Source: a virus (Duplodnaviria; Caudoviricetes). Taken from it: a DNA stretch of 30,252 nucleotides. Shown here one piece after another: positions 15,414 through 24,858 of this stretch (position 1 is the first letter of the stretch; each line of letters opens with the position of its first letter). Position numbers and translations under genes: made by a program. Below the pieces are notes generated by a model. The model did not search any database. It saw only the letters and a program-made list of their open reading frames with translations, and was not told the DNA's origin. The DNA lies in IMG/VR virus record IMGVR_UViG_3300036546_000397, positions 1-30,252 of that record, one strand, 5' to 3'.

Positions 15414-18400
15414 TTATAGACCAAAGAAACGATTAAAGAATTCAACTAATTTCTGAAGTACATTCATTTTCTTTTCACTTCGACTTTGACCGCCGGTAGC
15501 ACGAAACATCGATACTGGAGGAAGCACCTTAACAATCGCAGTACCATTCTCACGGATTTCTCCATTTTTGAATGATTCATCGATAAATTTTCTTGTCTCT
15601 TCAGGATTTAGCTTTTCATCGATGATAATTTTATCCAACTCTTCTTGCTTCTTCTGATTAATGTATGTTTTCCATTCGTCTGCAACCGACTGATCAACAG
15701 TCAGTGACTTGATAAAGTCAATGATCAAATCTTTCTTATTTCTTAATGATGGTGATGAATCAATGGCTTTATGTATTTCAACTTCTTTATCTTTCGAATT
15801 ATCCTCATGGAACTTAGCAACTAACATCAAGATGTAGTCAATGTTCACTTCAACAGATTTGACAAGCTCGATTTCAAATTCAATCTCATCTGTAATAGGT
15901 TCAGCGTCCCCATCAACTTTTTTCTTGTATTGTTCATAAATACCTAAGTACATGCCCTGATAATCTTGGAAATCAAAATCACTTAATATTTCATTTCCTG
16001 TAAAATCATCAAATGCTTGAAGTATGTTTTTGGTTTTTAATATTTGATTAAATAGTGATATAAAAGCCTTCTTCAATGTTTCGCTAAGTATTTCTGTGCC
16101 TATTGGAAATTGATACAATAACTCATTAACTAAGTTCTTGTATCCCTTAAAACCTTCATAACCATTGTAATACTCATTGAATGATTTAAGTAAAACGACT
16201 CCTCCAGCATCCTTGTCACCAAAAATACTAATAGCTTGATTCACTTGTTTTTCAAGGTTTCTAAAGCACACAACATTGCCAAATGTTTTGATGGAATTAA
16301 GAATTCTATTTGTACGAGAGAAAGCTTGGATCAGTCCATGAAGTCTTAATTTCTTATCAACCCAAATGGTGTTTAATGTTGTAGCATCAAAACCGGTTAA
16401 GAACATATTTACTACTATTAGGAGATCGACTTCCTTATTTTTTACACGAAGGCTTAGATCTTTATAGTAGTTTTGGAATTTATCACTCGATGTGTCGTAA
16501 CTTGTTCCAAACATTTGATTATAGTCTTTGATTGCTTCTTCTAAAAAGTCACGTGACCCTTTGTCTAAACCATTTGTATTTTCGTTATTTTCTTCTTCAA
16601 AACCATCGAGTTCTTCATTTGCACTCCAACTAAAAATCGTAGCAATCCTTAACCTTAATGCAGGTGACAATGACTCTTGTTGTCTCTTAAATTCAAGATA
16701 ATAACGCTTAGCAGCTTCAATTGAAGCAGTAGCGAAAATTGCATTAAAACCAGTTATCTTTGTTGATAATCTTTGTTCCTTGCTAATGGTTAATCTTGAT
16801 GCATAAGTGCTTTTTGCAACTTCTTCAACATTTAATAGTCTTGAAAAATCGTATGCTCTTTCATTACGCTTTGTCTTTTGAGCAAAATGTTCGAGAGTAT
16901 AAGAGACATTCTTTTCAATATGTCTAGGATCTAGAAGTGCTTCTTCTTTTTTAATGTTGTAAACCTCTTCAGAATCATCTATATCATCTAGGGCTTTCGC
17001 TGTATTAAGATAATCAATTCTAAACGGAAGAACGTTTTGGTCGTGAATTGCATTGACTATTGTATAAGTGTGAAGTTTCTTGCCAAATACCTGCTCAGTA
17101 GTCTTTAGTGTTGGGAACTTATTGTGAGTTGTTGTGTTAATCGCAAAAATCGGTGTTCCCGTGAACCCGAAAATATAGTATTTCTTAAAGTTTTTAATGA
17201 TTTCTTTGTGCATATCACCAAATTGAGAACGATGACACTCATCAAAAATCAAAACAACATCATCATTAAAGATAGGATGTTTAGGATTCTTAGATATGAA
17301 AATACTCAATTTTTGAATGGTAGTAATGATAATTTTTGAATTAACATCTTCTAGTTGTTTTCTAAGTACAGCAGTACTAGTATTCGAGTTTGCAGCTCCT
17401 TTTTCAAACTTATCATATTCTTTCATAGTCTGGTAGTCTAAGTCTTTACGGTCAACCACAAAGAGCACTTTTTTGATGTAGTCTAGTTCAGACGCAATAC
17501 GGGCAGTTTTAAATGAGGTCAGTGTTTTACCTGAACCTGTTGTATGCCAAATGTGTCCACCGGCATCAATCGTTCCAGCAGTCTTTGCGTTATGTGCGAT
17601 GTTGATTTGGCTAATTATCTTCTCAGTAGCAACTATTTGATAAGGTCTCATAACTAGCAGCATATCATCGACTGTAAAAATACAATATTTTGTCAATACA
17701 TTGAGGATACTGTGTTTTGATAAGAAAGTCGCAGCAAAATCATATAGATCCAGAATGTTCTTATTCTTAGCGTCAGCCCAATAACTCGTAAACTCAAAGG
17801 AGTTACTTGACTTCTTTTTATTGGTGTTACTATTTTGATTTTCTTTATTCGCTAGTTCTCTCGTGGTATTAGAATAGTACTTAGTTTCTGTTCCATTTGA
17901 GATAACGAAAATTTGAGCAAATTGATATAGACCATTGTCCGCCCAGAAACTATCTTTTTCATACCGTCTAATTTGGTTGAACGCTTCTTTAATTGAAACA
18001 CCTCGACACTTTAATTCAACATGGACTAATGGTAATCCATTGACTAGGATAGTGACATCATAGATGTTTTTATAGGTGCCTTCCACTTCGTACTGATGAA
18101 TAACTTGAAGCGAATTATAGTGTATTTGCTTTTTATCAATCAAACGAATATTTATAGAAGTACCATCGTCTTTTTTTAGGTTATAAATGTAATCTTCTTG
18201 TACCTTACGTGTTTTTTCAACGATGCCATCATTTGGATTGTTAATATATTTGGTAAAAATAGTGTTCCATTCATTATCAGAAAACTGATAATTATTAAGA
18301 CGTTCTAGTTGAATTTTTAGGTTATTCACAAGATCTTGATTATTATGAATAGGCAAAAAAACATAACCTTGACCTTTCAATTGTTGAATAAGGTCCCTTT

Positions 18401-18506
18401 CGAGGTCAGCTTCACTTTGATATTCTTTTTGTCTGATCTTGTCAGATTTGTATTCAGCAACAACTGTAGATTCGTTTTGTTGCACGATAACATTATATTT
18501 ATCCAA
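15414..18506 (-). CDS. hsdR: Type I restriction enzyme R subunit (EcoR124/type IC-like)
   Basis: D...LVNGLP..VELK nuclease motif, HTTGSGKT, DECHRS, FTGTP, LTGFD and QAFSRTNR helicase motifs. Confidence 0.95.
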   Translation of the reverse strand: MDKYNVIVQQNESTVVAEYKSDKIRQKEYQSEADLERDLIQQLKGQGYVFLPIHNNQDLVNNLKIQLERLNNYQFSDNEWNTIFTKYINNPNDGIVEKTRKVQEDYIYNLKKDDGTSINIRLIDKKQIHYNSLQVIHQYEVEGTYKNIYDVTILVNGLPLVHVELKCRGVSIKEAFNQIRRYEKDSFWADNGLYQFAQIFVISNGTETKYYSNTTRELANKENQNSNTNKKKSSNSFEFTSYWADAKNKNILDLYDFAATFLSKHSILNVLTKYCIFTVDDMLLVMRPYQIVATEKIISQINIAHNAKTAGTIDAGGHIWHTTGSGKTLTSFKTARIASELDYIKKVLFVVDRKDLDYQTMKEYDKFEKGAANSNTSTAVLRKQLEDVNSKIIITTIQKLSIFISKNPKHPIFNDDVVLIFDECHRSQFGDMHKEIIKNFKKYYIFGFTGTPIFAINTTTHNKFPTLKTTEQVFGKKLHTYTIVNAIHDQNVLPFRIDYLNTAKALDDIDDSEEVYNIKKEEALLDPRHIEKNVSYTLEHFAQKTKRNERAYDFSRLLNVEEVAKSTYASRLTISKEQRLSTKITGFNAIFATASIEAAKRYYLEFKRQQESLSPALRLRIATIFSWSANEELDGFEEENNENTNGLDKGSRDFLEEAIKDYNQMFGTSYDTSSDKFQNYYKDLSLRVKNKEVDLLIVVNMFLTGFDATTLNTIWVDKKLRLHGLIQAFSRTNRILNSIKTFGNVVCFRNLEKQVNQAISIFGDKDAGGVVLLKSFNEYYNGYEGFKGYKNLVNELLYQFPIGTEILSETLKKAFISLFNQILKTKNILQAFDDFTGNEILSDFDFQDYQGMYLGIYEQYKKKVDGDAEPITDEIEFEIELVKSVEVNIDYILMLVAKFHEDNSKDKEVEIHKAIDSSPSLRNKKDLIIDFIKSLTVDQSVADEWKTYINQKKQEELDKIIIDEKLNPEETRKFIDESFKNGEIRENGTAIVKVLPPVSMFRATGGQSRSEKKMNVLQKLVEFFNRFFGL

Positions 18507-18517
18507 TGTTACACCCC

Positions 18518-19732
18518 CTAAAATGTGAGTAGTTTGTTTCTGTAATACTCGTATTGTTCTCTACGAGCTTTAATTTCTGCTGGTAGACCTTCAGTTAATG
18601 AACTAACATAAACACTGAAATTATCAAGGATTCGTACTATTTCATTTTGGATAACCATCGGTGGTGTAGGTGTTAATATGTTTTCAATCAATGTTCTTGA
18701 TAAACGTGGAACGCTTGCTTTTCTAATATTTGAGTTTATATAATCTTGTTGTGTTTGAAGAAAATAATACATGAATTTATTATTCATTGCTTTCGGATTC
18801 GTAAATACTATACAATCATCAGCCGCCCAAAAACGATCAACACTAAATCCAACTTGTCCAGCCGCTCCAGCACTAATCAAATACGTCGTTTCTCCTTCTA
18901 CATTATATTCACCGTAATAACCCATAGGCGCCAGTTTATTTTGATAGACAGGGAATTCTCCATTGTCGTTTAGCTCTTTCTTAACTACTCTTTTTCCGCG
19001 TTTTATCTCAAACAAATTTTTTGCGAGATTAAATGCGACACCCTCAGGGCATAATTTAATAAGCATTGAGTCAATTTTTGGAATGCCAACAAAAAAATTA
19101 GAAAAATCAAGAAGTTGGTTGCGATAGAATTTGTATTGGATAGTCCTTGCTTCTAGCTCCGCTTCTAGCTCCGCTTCTAATGCACTAAAATTGTCCAAAA
19201 TTCGAACTATCTCATTTTGGACTTCCAGTGGTGGAACTGGAATTTCTATTTGGTTAAAGAGCTTCTTTGATATATTAAATCTAGTTACACCGTTCGCGGT
19301 TTTACCAATTTGATTTCTGATTGCATCAGACCTAAATAAGTGCTTAGAGAAATCAGGAATTAGCATATCAACTAAGGGTCTAAAACCAAAGCAAAAACTA
19401 TTCAAATAAATTGGATCATTAATCTCCTGGCAAACCACAGATGAAATACCACATTCATCAGGAGTCTCAGATGACCCGGTGAACAATATATCGCCCATTT
19501 GAATACTGTTTTGCTTTTCGTTATCCTCTATTTTTACGTACTCGCTGATCTCAAGATTAAGAGATATATTAGAGTAGATATTCATGTATGTTACATATTT
19601 GGCATTACCATTTTGAAAATCATTCTTTGATTTGCCCGATAACCCACCATACAAAAATCCAATATCACATAATTTCTTGTACATTACTCCATGTGGACAT
19701 AACTCATTAATCAAATCATCAATTCTACTCAT
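18518..19732 (-). CDS. hsdS: Type I R-M specificity subunit
   Basis: Two TRDs with repeated LCP.GV and PP...QNEIVRILDNF conserved blocks; central LEAE repeats. Confidence 0.95.
   Translation of the reverse strand: MSRIDDLINELCPHGVMYKKLCDIGFLYGGLSGKSKNDFQNGNAKYVTYMNIYSNISLNLEISEYVKIEDNEKQNSIQMGDILFTGSSETPDECGISSVVCQEINDPIYLNSFCFGFRPLVDMLIPDFSKHLFRSDAIRNQIGKTANGVTRFNISKKLFNQIEIPVPPLEVQNEIVRILDNFSALEAELEAELEARTIQYKFYRNQLLDFSNFFVGIPKIDSMLIKLCPEGVAFNLAKNLFEIKRGKRVVKKELNDNGEFPVYQNKLAPMGYYGEYNVEGETTYLISAGAAGQVGFSVDRFWAADDCIVFTNPKAMNNKFMYYFLQTQQDYINSNIRKASVPRLSRTLIENILTPTPPMVIQNEIVRILDNFSVYVSSLTEGLPAEIKARREQYEYYRNKLLTF
19149..19179. repeat. 12-bp tandem repeat in the hsdS linker
   Basis: GCTTCTAGCTCC x2 plus GCTTCTA, encoding LEAELEAELEA. 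Confidence 0.9.
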
Positions 19733-21344
19733 TAACATCACCTTCAAGTTCTAAAACAATCTGGTCAATAGCTTTTCTGAGAATTTCAGATTTTTCAGTG
19801 ATGTCTTTTATTTTTTGATTCAGAACATGTATATCAATTATTTCTGATGTATCTTCTGAAATAACATAGGTATTCACTGATAAGCTATACTCTTTTGTAA
19901 TGATTTCATCAACTGACACATATCTTGAAAAATATGCTTCATCCGTTTTATTACGTACACTCGTAAGGATTTTGTCTATGTTTAAATCAGATAATTTATT
20001 CTTTATGTCGTAGCGAACAAACTCTTTACTTGCATCTATGAAGTGGATTTTGTTGTCGGTCTTATTCTTACGTAAGACTAAAATTGCAGTTGAAATTGTA
20101 CTTCCAAAAAACAAATCAGATGGAAGTTGAATAATTGAGTCAACAAAGTTATTGTCAATCAAATACTTTCTAATCTTCTGCTCAGCTCCACCACGATATA
20201 GTATTCCTGGAAAGCCAACAACTGCTGCAGTTCCACTTGATGACAACCAAGATAAAATGTGCATAATGAATGCATAGTCTGCTTTTGATTTAGGAGCTAA
20301 AACTCCAGCAGGTGCGAAACGTTCATCGTTAATCAATAACGGATTAGAATCCCCATCCCATTTAATTGAGTATGGTGGATTAGATACGATTGCATCAAAA
20401 GGCTTATCATCCCAGTGAATTGGATTCATTAGTGTGTCACCACAAGCCAAATCAAAGTGTTCAAAATTGATATCATGTAAAAACATATTGATACGTGCTA
20501 GGTTATATGTGGTTATATTTATTTCTTGACCAAAAAAACCTAACTTGACATTATCTTTCCCCAGAATTTTAGCAAACTTCAATAATAGTGAACCCGAGCC
20601 ACAAGCTGGGTCGTAAACTTTCTCAACTTGTTTCTTATTAGGAACAACAATTTTTCCATGAGAGTCAGTATGTTTTGCTCCAAAGTCGATTAATGCTAAT
20701 CTGGTTAATAATTCACTTACTTCTTGTGGAGTGAAGAATTCACCACCTGATTTACCCGCATTTGCAGCATACATACTCATTAAATACTCATATGCATCGC
20801 CGAAAGCATCAATGGTGTTATCTTCATATTTCCCTAGTTTCAAATCATTAATAGCGTATAGAAGTTTTCTTAGGCGTCCATTCTTTTCAATTACAGTATT
20901 CCCTAGTTTATTTGAGTTGACATCTATATCGTCAAATAAGCCTTTTAAATTTGCTTCTGATTCAGTTCCACTTGCTGATTTCTCAATGTTTTTAAATACA
21001 GTTTCTAATGTTGTATTAAGGTTATCGTCTTTGTCGGCAAGTTTGGTAACATTTACAAACAATTCACTGGGTAAAATAAAGAAGCCCTTTTCTTCTACAA
21101 CTTCTTTTCGAGCATTTTCAGCAATATCATCGGATAGTTTTACATAACTAAAATCTCTTTCACCAGCTTCATGCTGATTTTTATCAATGTAAGATATTAG
21201 ATTTTCAGAGATGAACTTATAGAATAACATTCCCAATACATATTGTTTAAAATCCCAACCATCAACTGATCCGCGTAGATCGTTTGCAATCTGCCAAATA
21301 GTCTTATGTAACTCTGCTCTTTCAACTTCTTTTTTGTTTGACAT
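19725..21344 (-). CDS. hsdM: Type I R-M methyltransferase subunit
   Basis: IW.IANDLRG, GEFFTP, YDPACGSGSLL and NPPY motifs; ATG at 21344 follows GAGGGG. Confidence 0.96.
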   Translation of the reverse strand: MSNKKEVERAELHKTIWQIANDLRGSVDGWDFKQYVLGMLFYKFISENLISYIDKNQHEAGERDFSYVKLSDDIAENARKEVVEEKGFFILPSELFVNVTKLADKDDNLNTTLETVFKNIEKSASGTESEANLKGLFDDIDVNSNKLGNTVIEKNGRLRKLLYAINDLKLGKYEDNTIDAFGDAYEYLMSMYAANAGKSGGEFFTPQEVSELLTRLALIDFGAKHTDSHGKIVVPNKKQVEKVYDPACGSGSLLLKFAKILGKDNVKLGFFGQEINITTYNLARINMFLHDINFEHFDLACGDTLMNPIHWDDKPFDAIVSNPPYSIKWDGDSNPLLINDERFAPAGVLAPKSKADYAFIMHILSWLSSSGTAAVVGFPGILYRGGAEQKIRKYLIDNNFVDSIIQLPSDLFFGSTISTAILVLRKNKTDNKIHFIDASKEFVRYDIKNKLSDLNIDKILTSVRNKTDEAYFSRYVSVDEIITKEYSLSVNTYVISEDTSEIIDIHVLNQKIKDITEKSEILRKAIDQIVLELEGDVNE

Positions 21345-21457
21345 GGTAGTTTTCCCCTCTTCGGCTTCGTATGTAAATTTCATAAAAAACTAATGGATTA
21401 CCCCATTGTTAAATCAAGAAACACTATTTTTTATAAAAAATACTCGCATTTGAAACT

Positions 21458-21466
21458 ATTATACCA
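21458..21466 (-). promoter_or_regulatory. Extended -10 promoter for the hsdMSR-abiH cassette
   Basis: TG-G-TATAAT upstream of hsdM. Confidence 0.55.
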
Positions 21467-21488
21467 TTCTTTAATGATTAAGTTAACC

Positions 21489-21920
21489 CTATCTATACGC
21501 TGAATTTTGTATCATCCAGTTTACTACTATCTTATTGATAATTTGATAGCGATGCGATTTTGTCATTGGCTTCGTTACATTTTTGTTTATTCTATTATCT
21601 AGGATTTCATTTAGGATGTCATTTTCTATTGAGTCAAGCTTATCTACTAATAGCTTATAGTCATTCACAATTCGTTTATTTAGCATAATGGATTCCTCGA
21701 CTTTATCAATCTTATCCAACCAATATAACAACTCACTATCTCCTGATGAACGTGATCCAGAAGATCCAATGCGATCATAAGATACGCCTTTGTATCCAAT
21801 AAGCTTCATGTTATAGAACTCCAATTTTTCCTGGAGTTCTTTTTCTTTTCTCATTGCTCTTCTCACATCGTCAATCCACTTGTAGAAGGGTTCGTTTAAT
21901 CCACGATTCGAATGACTCAT
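21489..21920 (-). CDS. ArpU/RinA-like phage transcriptional regulator
   Basis: Coiled coil, a K...YD..GSS linker and a C-terminal L...E..IL helix region; position after the replication gene; GGAGG RBS. Confidence 0.5.
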   Translation of the reverse strand: MSHSNRGLNEPFYKWIDDVRRAMRKEKELQEKLEFYNMKLIGYKGVSYDRIGSSGSRSSGDSELLYWLDKIDKVEESIMLNKRIVNDYKLLVDKLDSIENDILNEILDNRINKNVTKPMTKSHRYQIINKIVVNWMIQNSAYR

Positions 21921-22794
21921 TTGACATCTTCCTCCTATGCTCAAATTGTTTAAGGTTGTTTTGAAGTGAATCCCTCATGAATGCGAACTTATCCTCAATG
22001 GGTGGATTAGGATTCTTTGAGTATTTAACAACATAGTCCACAGCTGATAGAACATCTTCAAACCCATAACTTCTGATGGTTTCTTCAAAGAGAATGTTAT
22101 ATTTGATGACGTCAAGAGAGGTTTCATCAATGTATTTGTTTTTGATTAAAGAATTAGTAATGAAATGTAATTTAGGGAGGCCGTACGGCCCTTTATCTTC
22201 TTTATCCTCTTTATCATTTTTTCTTTCTTTTTTCTTTTCTTTTTCTTTTTGTGTACTTTTGTCTACATTAACTCGGTTATTGTCAGCATTAACTTGATAA
22301 TTGCTAACATTAATGCCATTTGTGTCTACATTAATCAGATTATTGTCGACAGTAATGTTTTTGTTTGTTTTATTGAAAATGCTCAATTCTAGCATCGTTT
22401 TTTCATCGAGTAACCAGTACTTATCAGCACCAGTGTTTTTTCGTCTTCGGGTAGATAGGATGAACTGTTTTTGAATCGATTTTGATGTGATCACATCGTC
22501 TTTTAATAGATCATTGTTGAAAAGACCAACCTTTCCACAGTATACAATCACCTCTTCAATATCGACTGGATTTGGAGCCCAGTTCGCACCGATACTTTTT
22601 ACAAGCGTCTTTGCTAATGATGAGATTGATTTTTCTAGAAAGTAGCCATTCGCATAAATCATCGCTAAAAGTCTGATATAGATAATCTCACCAAAATAAC
22701 CGAAAGCAAGATTAAGGTCTTGAATCTTTTCATCTTCAAAAATGTTCACGTCCAGAGGAAAGTATTGTAATCCTTGTTTGAATGGTCGTGCCAT
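21871..22794 (-). CDS. Phage replication initiator (DUF4373 / Lin1244-like N-terminus)
   Basis: MARP.K.GL.YFPLDV N-terminus, TS..IQ motif, repeat linker and Lys/Glu-rich tract. Confidence 0.85.
   Translation of the reverse strand: MARPFKQGLQYFPLDVNIFEDEKIQDLNLAFGYFGEIIYIRLLAMIYANGYFLEKSISSLAKTLVKSIGANWAPNPVDIEEVIVYCGKVGLFNNDLLKDDVITSKSIQKQFILSTRRRKNTGADKYWLLDEKTMLELSIFNKTNKNITVDNNLINVDTNGINVSNYQVNADNNRVNVDKSTQKEKEKKKERKNDKEDKEDKGPYGLPKLHFITNSLIKNKYIDETSLDVIKYNILFEETIRSYGFEDVLSAVDYVVKYSKNPNPPIEDKFAFMRDSLQNNLKQFEHRRKMSNESFESWIKRTLLQVD
22195..22364. repeat. Putative replication origin: five 21-bp imperfect iterons plus a strand-skewed AT-rich tract
   Basis: TGTCTACATTAA-type units at 22260, 22281, 22302, 22323 and 22344; pyrimidine-rich tract at about 22195-22260. 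Confidence 0.7.
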
Positions 22795-22852
22795 AAGTTT
22801 TCCCTTTCGTGAGTATAGTTAAAAACCGCCCTTTATGGGCATTTACTAAATG

Positions 22853-22944
22853 ACACTTGAACGCCACTTCACGCCTACTTGATAACCACTTGAACACTAC
22901 TTGGTGTATAGTTCACGTTTCTGTTCACAAGCATTATCGGTAAG
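22853..22944. repeat. Six 11-bp-phased repeats plus a 28-bp dif-like site, copy 2
   Basis: Units start at 22853, 22864, 22875, 22886, 22897 and 22908; core GTTTCTGTTCA-CAAGCA-TTATCGGTAAG at 22917-22944. Confidence 0.8.
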
Positions 22945-22967
22945 TGTGAAGCAGCTAACAGTTGTCT

Positions 22968-23159
22968 CTACTTCATGTTTCTTAGAATGAATTCATCTAA
23001 GTGTTCTTGAGTGACTCGCCATTGGTTCCCAACCTTGAAAGCTTTGATTTTCTTGGACTTGATATACTTTAAAAGTGTCGGTCTTTTGACCTGGAGTATC
23101 TCTTGAAGCTCATTGATGTTATAGACATTCTCATTTTTCTTTCCGTTGTTTGTTTCCAT
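22968..23159 (-). CDS. Excisionase-family (HTH_17 / MerR-like winged HTH) DNA-binding protein
   Basis: Y...EL.EILQV...TL..YIK..KI.A.KVG.QWRV....L..F pattern. Confidence 0.88.
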   Translation of the reverse strand: METNNGKKNENVYNINELQEILQVKRPTLLKYIKSKKIKAFKVGNQWRVTQEHLDEFILRNMK

Positions 23160-23874
23160 CGTATTCTTTTAGTATCCTTTCGATGAATGTAATTCCGCCT
23201 TTATAGACGTATGTTTTGGTTGATTTGATAACTGTTCCACCAGATACCACTTTCGCTTCAACAACTCTGAAATACTTCTTATCACAGAAATCTTGAAACG
23301 GTATATTCTGCTCATCTAAAACATGGGCAGTTCTTAGAATCTTTAGTAAGACATCTCGACCGATATTCTTGAAGCGTATCACTTCATGAACCATATCTAG
23401 ATCCACACAACTTGTAGTTCCTAACAAGTTATCAATGGCTTTAATCTTTGGTGTATTCATTTTGAGTGTGGTTTCTAGGACATTTGCTCTGACTTTTAGT
23501 TCTTGAAACTCATCCAGGAACTCGATTACCTTATCTGGATTCTCAAAATCCTCTATTTGATAGATGCCATAACGGATGAGCTGAGGTAATACGGTACGAT
23601 ATAACCAATCTCCAATCACTTCTGCGTCTTTGCGCTTAGATTGGAAGAATATGGTGGATAGGTGGTCTGCGGTAACAAAAAACATATTTTGATGCGTTTT
23701 ATCGTGGGGAACGCTCACAAGCTTTATACTAGTGTCGTTCAGTTTGGTCCGGACTTCTGATACGCTTTTAATCTCAAACATGCGACAGAGATCCTTCAGG
23801 TTGAAGCAAGGTTCATCATCCACTATTGTGGCACGAACTTTGCCGTAGGCATTGTGTTCAAACTCTCTAATCAT
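23131..23874 (-). CDS. Phage antirepressor (BRO-N plus KilA-C/ANT)
   Basis: F....G.VR...DDEP.F.LKDLC and W....VLP...R.G.Y BRO motifs; C-terminal N.P.Q.....YF.V...T.V..GG ANT pattern. Confidence 0.85.
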   Translation of the reverse strand: MIREFEHNAYGKVRATIVDDEPCFNLKDLCRMFEIKSVSEVRTKLNDTSIKLVSVPHDKTHQNMFFVTADHLSTIFFQSKRKDAEVIGDWLYRTVLPQLIRYGIYQIEDFENPDKVIEFLDEFQELKVRANVLETTLKMNTPKIKAIDNLLGTTSCVDLDMVHEVIRFKNIGRDVLLKILRTAHVLDEQNIPFQDFCDKKYFRVVEAKVVSGGTVIKSTKTYVYKGGITFIERILKEYDGNKQRKEK

Positions 23875-23885
23875 AGGTTTTCCCT

Positions 23886-24806
23886 TCACTTTTTCTTTTT
23901 GGTAGTTTGGAATAGCGCTGTGCTTATCTGCCACTCAAGATGATTCTTAGCTTTGCTCAATCGGTGAGCATAAATCTTCGTGGTTGATATGTCTTTATGG
24001 CGCATTAATTGCTGTGCTGCATCTAAATCTCCACCCAAGTCCAGCGCTAAAGAAGCTGCTGTATGCCTAAGGCTATGGGCAGAATACTTGGGATCATCAA
24101 TCCCGATATCTCTGAGCATTTCTTTAACCACCATACTAATCATTCGTGTCCTCAGTCTTGTTCCCTGATAGGGTTTCGTATGATTAATGAAGAGTGGTTT
24201 GTATTCATCTTGTCGCTCGATCAAATATTCCTCAATCAAGCTATAAACTTCTGGAGAGAGTTTGACATACGCATCTTTCTCATCGTGACCTTTACCCATG
24301 ATGTATAACACCTTGGTTTCATCCACGAAGCTGATATCATCCACATCTGCTCTTTCCACTTCAATCGTTCTTAATCCGGTTGTTAATAATAGTGCGATCA
24401 GCGCATGATCTCTTTTTCCAATGATGCTCTTACTCGCATAGCGTTTAGCTCTGTTTAATAGTTTTATAGCCGCTTCAAGAGATAATGATTCCCTCTTAAA
24501 GTCGGATTCAATCTTCATACCTTTTACACCTTCAGCTGCATTGGGTCCAAAACCTTCAATGTAGTACCATCGATAAAATCCCCTTATGACTACAATGTGT
24601 TTTTGAACGGATGCAGCTCTCAATCTGGACTTCAGTTGTTCACGATAAGCCATGACATCTTGCCTGGTTGGTAGGTTAGGCAAGCCATCAGCGAACTCAG
24701 CGAACTGGGCAAGCATCTTCCCGTAGGAACGCTTGGTGTTTTCTTTGATATCGAATCTTTGGATATAAATATCGATAATCTCTCGAAAAAAGCCCTTGTC
24801 GTCCAT
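23886..24806 (-). CDS. Tyrosine recombinase (XerC/D-size integrase)
   Basis: TGLR, GKG, HSLRHT, MRH and TTKIY catalytic motifs; 306 aa with no N-terminal arm-binding domain. Confidence 0.95.
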   Translation of the reverse strand: MDDKGFFREIIDIYIQRFDIKENTKRSYGKMLAQFAEFADGLPNLPTRQDVMAYREQLKSRLRAASVQKHIVVIRGFYRWYYIEGFGPNAAEGVKGMKIESDFKRESLSLEAAIKLLNRAKRYASKSIIGKRDHALIALLLTTGLRTIEVERADVDDISFVDETKVLYIMGKGHDEKDAYVKLSPEVYSLIEEYLIERQDEYKPLFINHTKPYQGTRLRTRMISMVVKEMLRDIGIDDPKYSAHSLRHTAASLALDLGGDLDAAQQLMRHKDISTTKIYAHRLSKAKNHLEWQISTALFQTTKKKK

Positions 24807-24858
24807 TTTTATCCTTTCAATGGTTTGTTATTTTTGAAATGAGTTGTATAATCGGAAT

